Assembly (NCBI RefSeq): GCF_006345805.1
Contig: NC_043013.1
Location: 19,220,001-19,284,000, forward strand
Direction of reading: 5' to 3'
Length of the DNA stretch: 64,000 bases
DNA from: Octopus sinensis
Lineage: Eukaryota
In this document: positions 24,901 through 36,900 of the stretch, piece after piece
Layout of the letters: every line of letters starts with the position of its first letter
Position numbering within the stretch: position 1 is the first letter of the stretch
Program-made: the position numbers and the translations under genes
The notes under the pieces: generated by a model
What the model was told of the DNA's origin: nothing
The model's input: the letters and a program-made list of their open reading frames with translations, nothing else
Database searches by the model: none

Positions 24901-27900
24901 TTCGGTTGTTGTTATTGGTACAAATGTGGATGTTGTAGATGCTATAGTTGTGTCTGTTGGAACTGTTGTGGTTTTTGTATCTCTATCTGTTATCAGTGTC
25001 GTGTTATCTGTTGTGCCTGACGTTTTTGGTGCTAATGGGGTTGTTGTGTTTTCTCTTGTTCTTGTTGCTATTGATTCTGTTGTGGCTGCTGCTGCTGGAG
25101 ATTTCGTTGCGGTTAATATTGTATGTAGTAATGTGGTTGCAGTTGGCTCTGCCGTGGTTGTTATTGGCACTGTTTCTGTTGCGGCGACAGATTGCATTGA
25201 TGTGGTTACTGTTAACGGTTCTGTTATGGTTGTTGTTGATACTGTCGTTGATGTTATTGTGGGAACTGCAGTGGTTGTTGATGCTGGAAGAGTTGTGCTT
25301 CTTGTTAGTTCTGTCGTAGGTGATGCTTCTGTTTCTGTTGATGAAGTCGTTGTTGGCAGAGTCGTCGCTACTGTTAGCGGTTCTGTTTTGGTCGATTTAG
25401 TTCTTGCAGTTGTGATTTTTGTTGTTGTTGGTGTCAGCGTAGTTGCCATTGATGGTTCTGTGTCGTTTGCTACTGGTACTGCTGCTGTTCTTGGGACAGT
25501 TGTTGATGGTTCTATTGTGATTGTCATTGGTACTCCTGTTGTGGGTCTGTTTGTTTTTGATTCAGCAGAGACTGTTGTGAACTCTGTTGGAGTCGGTGTT
25601 GGTTGTGTTGGTTTTGCAGTTGGTGCTCCTGCTGTGGTTGGAGTCGTTGCTGTTGCTTTTGTTTTTGGTTCAGGCTTTGTTCTTAGTTCTGTTGTGGGTG
25701 TCGTTGGTCCTGTCGTGAATGTTGTTGCTATTGTAGGTTCTGTTACTCTAGTTGTTGGTTTCGTTGTTGTTGTTGTACTTATTGGTTCTGCTGTCGATGT
25801 TGTCAGTTTTGTTATCATTGTGGTAACTGGCTCTATTGTTGTTGGTGGTTTTGGTGTTGTTGATGATCTTACTGTGGTTGTAGTTGGTTTTGCTGTGATT
25901 GTTGTTGTTAGTCTTGATTGAACTGTTGATTCTGTTACCGTTTTTGTTGGTGATGCTGTTGTTGTTGGTTCTTTTGCCGTTGTTGTTGTTGTTGTTGTTG
26001 ATTCTGTTGTCTTTGGTTTTGTTGCTGTTGTTGTTGGCTCTGTTGTTGTTGTGGACCTTGCTAGTTCTGTTGCCATTGTCGTTGTTGATTCTGCTGCTGA
26101 TGTTGATTTTGTTGTTGTAGTTGTTGTTGGTGATCTTGTTGTTATTGGTTCTTTTGTTGTCATCGTCGTCGTTGTTGTTGCTTCTGTTGTCTTTCTTGGT
26201 TCCGTTACAGTTCTTGTTGGTGATTCTTCTGTGGATGTCGTTGGTCCTGTTGTGGTTGTTGATTCGATTGTGCTTCTTGGTTCTGTTTTGGTTGTTTGCT
26301 CTGTTGTTGTTTGTGTTGTTGGTTCTGGTGATGTTGCTGCTAAGTCTGTGGTGTTTGTTGCTGGTTCTGCTGTGGTTCTTGTTAGTTTTGTTATGTTTCT
26401 TCTTGGTTCTATTGTTGTTGTTGTTAGTTGTGTTGTTGTTTGTTCTACAGTGGTTCTTGTTGATTCAGATGTGGCTGTTCTTGGTTCTCTTGTTGTTTTT
26501 GTTGTTATTGGTTCTGCTGTTGTTATGGTTGTTGTTAGTTCTTTTACAGCTGCTGTTGGTACTGTTGTGATTGTTGGTTTTGTTGTTGTTATTGTTGTTG
26601 TCGTTGTTGTGGTTGGCTTTCTTGTGATTGTTGTTGCTTCTGTTGTTGTTGTTGTCGGTTCTCTTGTGGTTGTTGTTGATGGTACTATAGTCATTGTTAT
26701 CGGTTCTGATGTTGTTGATTTTGGTCCAGGTGTTGTTGTTGGTTCTGTTGTTGTTCCTGTTGTGGTTGTTGTTGGTTCTGTTGTAGTTGTTGTTGGTGAT
26801 CTTGTTGTTATTGGTTCTGCTGTTGTTGTGGTTGTTGTTGGTTCTGTTATAATTGTTCTTATGACTGGTGCTGTTGGTTCTCTTGTCATTGTTGGTCCAG
26901 CAGTTGTTGTTCTTGATTCTGTTGTGACAGTTAATGTTGGTTCTCTTGAGGTTGTTGTAGGCGCCGTTGTGGTTACCTTTGGTTCTGTTGTGGTGTTCGT
27001 TGATTCTATTGTTGCTGTTGGTTTCGTTGTGGGTCTTTTGGGTTCTGTCGTGATTGTTGTTGGTTCTATTGTTGTTGTTTCTGGTTCTGTTGTTATTGTT
27101 GTTGGTTTTGTTGTTATTGTTGTTGGTTCTATTGTTGTTGCTTCTGGTCCTGTTGTTATTGTTGTTGGTTTTGTTGTTATTGTTGATGGTTCTGTGGTTG
27201 TTGGTTCTGGTTCTGTTGTTATTGTTGTTGGTTTTGTTGTTATTGTTGTTGGTTCTGTTGTGGTTGTTGTTGGTACTGTTAGGGTTGTTGTTGGTTCTAT
27301 TGTGGCTGTTGTTGGTTCTTTTGTGGTTGTTGTTGGTTCTGTTGTGGCTGTTGTTGGTTCTGTTGTGGTTGTCGTTGGTTCTGTTGTGGATGTTGTTTGT
27401 TCTGTTATGGTTGTTGTTGGTTCTGTTGTGGTGGTTGTTGGTTCTGTTGTGGTTGTTGTTGGTTCTGTTGTAGTTGTTGTTGGTTCTGTTGTTGTTCCTG
27501 TTGTGGTTGTTGTTGGTTCTGTTGTGGCTGCTGTTGGTTCTGTTATAGTTGTTATTGGTTCTGTTGCAGCAGTTGTTGGTACTGTTGTGGTTGTTGTTGG
27601 TTCTGTTATGGTTGTTGTTGGTTCTGTTGTGGCTGTTGTTGGTTCTGTTGTGGTTGTTGTTGGTTCTGTTGCGGTTGTTGTTGGTTCTGTTGTGGTTGTT
27701 GTTGGTTCTGTTGTTGTTCCTGTTTTGGTTATTGTTGGTTGTGTTGTGGTTGTCGTTGGTTCTGTTGTAGTTGTTGTTTGTTCTGTTATGGTTGCTGTTG
27801 GTTCTGTCGTGGCTGTTGTTGGTTCTGTTGTGGTTGTTGTTGGTTCTGTTGTGGCTGTTGTTGGTTCTGTTGTGGTTGTTGTTGGTTCTGTTGTGGTTGT

Positions 27901-30900
27901 TGTTGGTTCTGTTGTTGTTCCTGTTGTGGTTGTTGTTGGTTCTGTTGTGGCTGTTGTTGGTTCTGTTTTGGTTGTTGTTGGCTCTGTTGTGGTTGTTGGT
28001 TCTGTTGTGGTTGTTGTTGATTCTGTTGTGGTTGTTGTTGATTCTGTTATGGTTGTTGTTGGTTCTGTTGTGGTTGTTTTTGGTTCTGTTGTTGTTCCTG
28101 TTGTGGTTGTTGTTGGTTTTGTTGTGGCTGTTGTTGGTTCTGTTGTGGTTATTGTTGGTTCTGTTGCAGCAGTTGTTGGTCCTGTTGTGGTTGTTGGTTC
28201 TGTTATGGTTGTTGTTGGTTCTGTTGCGGCAGTTGTTGGTTCTGTTGTGGTTATTGTTGGTTCTGTTGTGGCTGTTGTTGGTTCTGTTATGGTTGTTGTT
28301 GGTTCTGTTGTGGTTGTTTTTGGTTCTGTTGTTGTTCCTGTTGTGGTTGTTGTTGGTTTTGTTGTGGCTGTTGTTGGTTCTGTTGTCGTTATTGTTGGTT
28401 CTGTTGTGTTTGTTGTTTGCTCTGTTCTGGTTGTTGGTTCTGTTGTGGTTGTTGTTGGTTTTGTTGTGGTTGTTGTTGGTTCTGTTGTGGTTGTTTTTGG
28501 TTCTGTTGTTGTTCTGTTGTGGTTGTTCGTTCTGTTGTGGTTGTTGTTGGTTTTGTTGTGGCTGTTGTTGGTTGTTGTTGGTTTTGTTGTGGCTGTTGTG
28601 GTTCTGTTGCAGCAGTTGTTGGTTCTGTTGTGGTTGTTGGTTCTGTTATGGTTGTTGGTTCTGTTATGGTTGTTGGTTCTGTTGCAGCAGTTGTTGGTTC
28701 TGTTGTGGTTGTTGTTTGTTCTGTTGTGGTTGTTGTTGGTTCTGTTATGGTTGTTGTTGGTTCTGTTGTGGCTGTTGTTGGGTCTGTTATGGTTGTTGTT
28801 GGTTCTGTTGTGGTTGTTTTTGGTTCTGTTGTTGTTCCTGTTGTGGTTGTTGTTGGTTTTGTTGTGGCCGTTGTTGATTCTGTTGTGGTTATTGTTGGTT
28901 CTGTTGTGGTTATTGTTGGTTCTGTTGTGGTTGTTGTTTGCTCTGTTGTGGTTGTTCGTTCTGTTGTGGTTGTTGTTGTTCCTGTTGTGGTTGCTGTTGG
29001 TTTTGTTGTGGCTGTTGTTGGTTCTGTTGTGGTTATTGTTGGTGCTGTTGTGGTTGTTGTTGGTTCTGTTGTGGTTATTGTTTGCTCTGTTGTGGTTGTT
29101 GGTTCTGTTGGGGTTGTTGTTGGTTCTGTTATAGTTGTTGTTGGTTCTGTTGTGGTTGTTGGTTCTGTTGTGGTTGTTGTTGTTCCTGTTGTGGTTGTTG
29201 TTGGTTCTGTTATGGTTGTTGTTGGTTCTGTTGTGGTTGTTGTTTGCTCTGTTGTGGTTGTTGGTTTCTGTTGTGGTTGTTGTTGATTCTGTTGTGGTTG
29301 TTGTTGATTCTGTTATGGTTGTTGTTGGTTCTGTTGTGGTTGTTTTTGGTTCTGTTGTTGTTCCTGTTGTGGTTGTTGTTGGTTTTGTTGTGGCTGTTGT
29401 TGGTTCTGTTGTGGTTGTTGTTGTTGGTTCTGTTGCAGCAGTTGTTGGTCCTGTTGTGGTTGTTGGTTCTGTTATGGTTGTTGTTGGTTCTGTTGTGGCT
29501 GTTGTTGGTTCTGTTGTGGTTATTGTTGGTTCTGTTGTGTGTTGTTGTTGGTTCTGTTATGGTTGTTGTTGGTTCTGTGTTGTTCCTGTTGTGGTTGTTG
29601 GTTCTGTTGTTGTTCCTGTTGTGGTTGTTGTTGGTTTTGTTGTGGCTGTTGTTGGTTCTGTTGTCGTTATTGTTGGTTCTGTTGTGTTTGTTGTTTGCTC
29701 TGTTCTGGTTGTTGGTTCTGTTGTGGTTGTTGTTGGTTCTGTTATGGTTGTTGTTGGTTCTGTTGTGGTTGTTTTTGGTTCTGTTGTTGTTCCTGTTGTG
29801 GTTGTTGTTGGTTTTGTTGTGGCTGTTGTTGGTTCTGTTGTGGTTATTGTTGGTTCTGTTGCAGCAGTTGTTGGTTCTGTTGTGGTTGTTGGTTCTGTTA
29901 TGGTTGTTGGTTCTGTTATGGTTGTTGGTTCTGTTGCAGCAGTTGTTGGTTCTGTTGTGGTTGTTGTTTGTTCTGTTGTGGTTGTTGTTGGTTCTGTTGT
30001 GGTTGTTTTTGGTTCTGTTGTTGTTCTGTTATGGTTGTTGTGGTTCTGTTGTGGTTGTTGGTTCTGTTATGGTTGTTGTTGGTTCTGTTGTGGTTGTTTT
30101 TGGTTCTGTTGTTGTTCCTGTTGTGGTTGTTGTTGGTTTTGTTGTGGCCGTTGTTGATTCTGTTGTGGTTATTGTTGGTTCTGTGTGGTTGTTGGTTCTG
30201 TTGTGGTTGTGTTGTGGTTGTTGTTTGCTCTGTTGTGGTTGTTCGTTCTGTTGTGGTTGTTGTTGTTCCTGTTGTGGTTGCTGTTGGTTTTGTTGTGGCT
30301 GTTGTTGGTTCTGTTGTGGTTATTGTTGGTGCTGTTGTGGTTGTTGTTGGTTCTGTTGTGGTTATTGTTTGCTCTGTTGTGGTTGTTGGTTCTGTTGGGG
30401 TTGTTGTTGGTTCTGTTATAGTTGTTGTTGGTTCTGTTGTGGTTGTTGGTTCTGTTGTGGTTGTTGTTGTTCCTGTTGTGGTTGTTGTTGGTTCTGTTAT
30501 GGTTGTTGTTGGTTCTGTTGTGGTTGTTGTTTGCTCTGTTGTGGTTGTTGGTTCTGTTGTGGATGTTGTTGGTTCTGTTGTGGTTGTTGTTGGTTCTGTT
30601 ATGGTTGTTGTTGGTTCTGTTGCAACAGTTGTTGGTTCTGTTGTGGTTGTAATTGGTTCTGTTGTGGTTGTTGTTGGTTCTGTTGTGGCTGTTGTTGGTT
30701 CTGTTGTGGCTGTTGTTGGTTCTGTTGTGGTTGTTGTTTGTTCTGTTGTGTTTGTTGGTTCTGTTATGGATTTTGTTGGTTCTGTTGTGGCTGTAGTTGG
30801 TTCTGTTGTGGTTCTTGTTGGTTTTGTTGTTATTGTTGTTGGTTCTTTTATTGTTGCTATTGATTCTGTTGTTATTGTTGTTGGTTTTGTTGTTATTGTT

Positions 30901-33900
30901 GTTGGTTCTGTGGTTGTTGCTTCTGGTTCTGTTGTTATTGTTGTTGGTTTTGATGTCATTGTTGTTGGTTCTGTTGTGGTTGTTGTTGGTACTGTTATGT
31001 TTGTTGTTGGTTCTGTTGTGGCTGTTGTTGGTTCTGTTGTAGTTGTTGTTGGTTTTGTTGTGGCTGTTGTTGGTTCTGTTGTGGCTGTTGTTTGTTCTGT
31101 TGTGGTTGTCGTTGGTTCTGTTGTGATTGTTGTTGGTTCTGTTATGGTTGTTGTTGGTTCTGTTGTGGCTGTTGTTGGTTCTGTTGTGGTTGTCGTTGGT
31201 TCTGTTGTGGTTGTTGTTGGTTCTGTTATGGTTGTTGTTGGTTCTGTTGCAGCAGTTGTTGTTCCTGTTGTGGTTGTTGTTGGTTTTGTTGTGGCTGTTG
31301 TTGGTTCTGTTGTGGTTATTGTTGGTTCTGTTGCAGCAGTTGTTGGTTCTGTTGTGGTTGTTGGTTCTGTTATGGTTGTTGGTTCTGTTATGGTCGTTGG
31401 TTCTGTTGCAGCAGTTGTTGGTTCTGTTGTTGTTGTTGTTGGTTCTGTTGTGGTTGTTGTTTGTTCTGTTGTGGTTGTTGTTGGTTCTGTTGTGGTTGTT
31501 GTTTGTTCTGTTGTGGTTGTTGTTGGTTCTGTTGTGGTTGTTGTTGGTTCTGTTGTGGCTGTTGTTGGTTCTGTTGTGGTTGTCGTTGGTTCTGTTGTGG
31601 TTGTTGTTGGTTCTGTTATGGTTGTTGTTGGTTCTGTTGTGGCTGTTGTTGGTTCTGTTGTGGCTGTTGTTGGTTCTGTTGTGGTTGTTGTTTGTTCTGT
31701 TGTGTTTGTTGGTTCTGTCGTGGATTTTGTTGGTTCTGTTGTGGCTGTAGTTGGTTCTGTTGTGGTTCTTGTTGGTTTTGTTGTTATTGTTGTTGGTTCT
31801 TTTATTGTTGCTATTGATTCTGTTGTTATTGTTGTTGGTTTTGTTGTTATTGTTGTTGGTTCTGTGGTTGTTGCTTCTGGTTCTGTTGTTATTGTTGTTG
31901 GTTTTGATGTCATTGTTGTTGGTTCTGTTGTGGTTGTTGTTGGTACTGTTATGTTTGTTGTTGGTTCTGTTGTGGTTGTTGTTGGTTTTGTTGTGGCTGT
32001 TGTTGGTTCTGTTGTGGCTGTTGTTTGTTCTGTTGTGGTTGTCGTTGGTTCTGTTGTGGTTGTTGTTGGTTCTGTTATGGTTGTTGTTGGTTCTGTTATG
32101 GTTGTTGTTGGTTCTATTGTGGTTGTTGTTGGTTCTGTTGTGGTTGTTGTTGGTTCTGTTGTTGTTCCTGTTGTGGTTGTTGGTTCTGTTGTGGTTGTTG
32201 TTGGTTCTGTTGTTGTTCCTGTTGTGGTTGTTGTTGGTTCTGTTGTGGCTGTTGTTGGTTCTGTTGTGGTTGTTGTTGGTTCTGTTGTGGTTGTTGTTGG
32301 TTCTGTTGTGGTTGTTGTTGGTTCTGTTGTGGCTGTTGTTGGTTCTGTTGTGATGTTCGTTGGTGCTGTTGTGGCTGTTGTTGGTTCTGTTGTGGCTGTT
32401 GTTGGTTCTGTTGTGGTTGCTGGTTCTGATGTGGTTGTTGTTGGTTCTGTTGTGGTTGTTGTTGGTTCTGCTGTGGTTGTTGTTGGTTCTGTTGTGGTTG
32501 TTGTTGGTTCTGTTGTGGTCGTTGTTGGTTCTGTTGTAGTTGTTGTTGGTTCTGTTGTGGTTGTTGTTGGTTCTGTTGTGGCTGTTGTTGGTTTTGTTGT
32601 GGTTGTTGTTGGTTCTGTTGTGGTTGTTGTTCGTTCTGTTGTGGCTGTTGTTGGTTCTGTTGTGGCTGTTGTTGGTCCTGTTGTGGTTGTTGTTGGTTCT
32701 GTTGTGGTTGTTGTTGGTTCTGTTGTGGTTGCTGGTTCTGATGTGGTTGTTGTTTGTTCCGTTGTGGTTGTCGTTGGTTCTGTTATGGTTGTTGTTGGTT
32801 CTGTTGCGGCAGTTGTTGGTTCTGTTGTGGTTGTTGTTGGTTCTCTTGTGGTTGTTGTTGGTTCTGTTATGGTTATTGTTGGTTCTGTTGCGGCAGTTGT
32901 TGGTTCTTTTGTGGCTGTTGTTGGTTCTGTTGTGTCTGTTGTTGCTTCTGTTGTGGTTGCTGTTGCTTTTGTTGTGGTTGTTGTTGATTTTGTTGTTGTA
33001 TTAGTTGGTGGTGTTGTTGATGGTTCTGTCGTAACAGTTGTTTGTTTTGCTGTGATTGCTTGTTCAGTTGTGTTTGTTTTTGGCTCTGTAGCATTTATTC
33101 TTTGCTCTCTTGTTGTTAATTGTGTGTTTATTGTGGATGTAATTGGTTTTGTTATGGTAGTTAATGGTTGTGTTGTTGTTGATTGTTCTGTTGTGGTTGT
33201 AGTTGATTCTGGTGTTGTTGTTTCTCCTTTGGTTGCTGTCTCTTCCGTTGCTGGTGGTTTTGTTGTGATTCTTGTTGGTGGTTCTGTTTTGGTTCTTGTT
33301 GCTTCTGGTGTGATAATTGTCCGTTTTGTTGTTACTGTTGTTGGTTCTGTTGTTGTTGTTGTTGTTGATTGCGTTGTAGTTGTTTCTGGTTCTGTTGTGG
33401 TAGTTTTTGGCTTTGTTGTGGTTGTTGTTGATTCTGCTGTGTCTGCAGTTGGTTGTCGAGTGGTTGTTGTTTTACCTGTAGTTGTTGTTGGTTTTGTTAT
33501 GGTTGCTTCTGGTTCTGTTGTTATTGTTGTTGGTTTTGTTGTTGTTGGTTGTGTTGTGGTTGCTTCTGGTTCTGTTGTCATTGTTGTTGGTGTTGCTGTT
33601 GTTGTTGGTTTTGTTGTTATTATTGTTGGTTCTATTGTTGTTGCTTCTGGTTCTGTTGTTATTGCTGTTGGTGTTGTTGTTGCTTCTGGTTCCGTTGTTA
33701 TTGTTGTTGGTGTTGTTGTTATTGTTGTTGGTTCTATTGTTGTTGCTTCTGGTTCTGTTGTTATTGTTGTTGGTTTTGTTGTTATTGTTGTTGGTTCTGT
33801 TGTTGCTTCTGGTTCTGTTGTTATTGTTGTTGGTTTTGTTGTTATTGTTGTTGGTTCTGTTATTGTTGTTGTCGTTGGTTCTGTTGTGGTCGTTGTTAGT

Positions 33901-36900
33901 TTTGTTGTTATTGTTGTTGGTTCTGTTATTGTTGTTGTCGTTGGTTCTGTTGTGGTCGTTGTTAGTTTTGTTGTGACTGTTGTTGGTTTTGTTGTGGTTG
34001 TTTTTGGTTCTGTTGATATTGTTGTTTGTTCTGTTGTGGTTGCTTCTGGTTGTGTTGTACTTGTTGATGTTGATTCTGTTGTGGTTATTGTTGAACTTGA
34101 AGTGCTCATTGTTGGTTCTACTGTGATTGTTCTTGATTCTGTTGTTGTTGTTTGCCTTGTTGTTATTGTTGTTGGTTCTGTTGTATCTATCCTTGTTTCT
34201 GTTGTGGATGTTTCTGGCTCTGTTGTTGTTGGTGGTGGTTTTGTTGTTATTTTTGTTGGTTTTGTTGTTATTGTTGGTTCTGCGGTGGTTGTTTTTGGTC
34301 CTGTTGTTGCTCTTGGTTTTGTTGTTGGTATCAAGTTTGTTGTAGTTGATTCTTTTGTCATTGTTGCTTCTGTTTTGTTTGTTGTCGGCATTGAAGTGAA
34401 TGCTTTTGTTGGTTTTGTTTCTGTTGTTGTTTGTGTTGTGGCTGTTTTTGTTCTTCCTGTGGTCATTGCTATGGGTTCTGCTGTAATTGCTGTTGTTGGC
34501 ACTGTTGCAGCTGTTGTTGGTGAGGTGGTTGTCATTGGTTCTCTTGTGGTTGTAGTTGTTGATTCTGTTGTGGATGTTATTTCTTCTGATATACTTATTG
34601 CTGGTTCTGTTGTGATTCCTTTCATCTTCGTCATGAGAGCTGTGAGTAGGACCGATGTCACTACAGGTGTGCTATTCGTTGGTTTCGGTACGGTGGTGGG
34701 GGCCTTCGCATCTGTTGTGTTTACATTTACTTCGGTGGTACGCTTCGTTCCTTCTGCATATGTTGCTGATGCTACAGTTGTAGTTGTTTCTGGTGTGGAT
34801 GTTGTCAGTACTCGCGCGGTTGTTGTTGGTTCGGTTGTATTTGTTGGCACTGTAATTTTTGTGGGTTCTGTTGTGGGTTCTGTTGTTGCTTCTGGTGTTC
34901 TTACACGATTTGTTTTACCTAATTCTATTGTCATTGTAGCTTGCAGTGTAGTATTTGTTATCGGTTGTTTTGTAATTGTTGTTGACAGTGTACCATTCAG
35001 AATTTGGTGTGTACTCTTTGTGGACGGCTGGTTGACCGTTGTTTTATCCGTGGTGGTTGTTGGTCGTCTTATAATTGTTGTTGGAAGGGTTGTGGACGCT
35101 GGTACTTCTGCTGATGTTTCTGAAGAATCTGTTGTGGATTGTTTAGTGGTTGTTTTCCTTGCGATTAATGTTGTATCTAGAGATTCTGGTGTTGTGTTTG
35201 CATTTGATTGCACAGTGCTTGTCACTGGTTGTGCAGCAGACGGTTGGTGCGAAGTAATTGGTTTTGATTGTGTTGTATATATTGTTGTTGGTGTTGGTGT
35301 TTCTGTTGCCGTTGTTGTTCGTTCCTTAGTTTCTGTTCTTGCTTCATTATTTGTTGCTGACTCGTCTGTGCTCAAAGTTGATAATGTAATGCTTTTAGTT
35401 TGCAGAATAGTTTGTGTAGGTAACATATTGATAGTACTTTGTTCTGTTGTAGTAACATTTCGACCAGTGATGGTTGTTGATGCTGGCTGTCCACTGATTC
35501 TTGAAATAAATGCTGTGTTTGCTGTCTGGCCACTACTGCTTGTTTGTTCTGTAGTGTATCCTGAATCTGTAGTTGTGAACGTTTCTATCGTTGATGGTGG
35601 TTCTGGAGTTATAGTCGATGGCAGTGTCATAGTTGATATTGTCATATGGGCACTTGATGTTGATTGGGCAGTTCTTGGTTCTTCTGTAGCTGTTGGTTCC
35701 GTTATGGTCGGTATTATTACTTCTGCGTAGGTTGATGCTTCCTTTAATGCTGTTGTTGGTTTGGTAGATGTTGCTGTTTCTGCTGTGATTGGAATTGTTG
35801 GTTTTGCTGTGGCTGTTGTTAGTTTATTTGTGGTTGTAGCTGTTCTTGCTGTGGTTGTTAGTTCTCTGGTGGATGTTATTGGTTCTATTATGTTTGTTAC
35901 TGGTTTTGACGATGCTTTGCTTAGTTCTGTTGTCAACATTATTGGTTTTGCTGCTGTTGCTGTTGATTCTGCTATTGTTTTTGTTGTTGATTGTCCTCTT
36001 GTTGTTGTTGGATGTGTTGTGATTGTTGGGGTCGTTTCTGTTGTGGTTGTTGGTGGTTGTCCTGTTGTGATTATTCTAGTTGGGGTTGTTGTTGGTTCTG
36101 TTGTGGTTGATCTTGTGGTTGCTGTTGTTGCTGGTTCTGTTACGATCGTTCTTGTCGGTTCTGTTGTGATTGCTGTTGTTGGTTCTGTTGTGGTTGTTGG
36201 TTCTGTTGTGGTTGTTGTTGCTGGTCCTGTTGTGGTTGTTGTTGTTGATGGTTCTATTGTGGTTATTGTTGTTGGTTCTGTTACGGTTGTTGTTGGTTTT
36301 GTTGTGGTTGTGGTTTTTGTTGTGGTTGGTATAGTTGCTTCTATTGCGGTTATTGTTGTTGTTGTTGGTTTTGTTGTGATTGGTGGTGTTGCTGGTTCTG
36401 TTGTGGTTGTTGTTGTTGATGGTTCAATTGTGGTTGTTGTTGGTTTTGTTGTAGTTGGTGTTGTTGTTTGTTCTATTGTAGTAGTTGTCGTTAATGCTTC
36501 TGTTGTGGTTGATGTTGTTGGTTCTTTTGTGGTTGTTGTTCTTGTTGGTTCTGTTGTTGTTGCTGCTGTTGTTGGTTCTGTTGTGGTTGTTGTTGCTGGT
36601 CCTGTTGTGGTTGTTGTTGTTGATGGTTCTGTTGTGGCTGTTGTTGGTTCTGTTATGGTTGTTGTTGGTTTTGTTGTGGTTGTGGTTTTTGTTGTGGTTG
36701 GTATAGTTGCTTCTATTGCGGTTATTGTTGTTGTTGTTGGTTTTGTTGTGATTGGTGGTGTTGCTGTTGTGGTTGATGTTGTTGATGGTTCTATTGGGGT
36801 TGTTGTTGGTTTTGTTGTGGTTGGTGTTGTTGTTTGCTCTACTGTAGTAGTTGTCGTTAATGCTTCTGTTGTGGTTGATGTGGTTGTTGGTTCTGTTGTG

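Larger units (their letters stand above)
27050..32950 (-). repeat. 21-nt coding minisatellite, heptapeptide EPTT[T/A][T/I]T
   Basis: Plus-strand unit ggttctgttgtggttgttgtt repeated hundreds of times with point variants. Confidence 0.9.
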
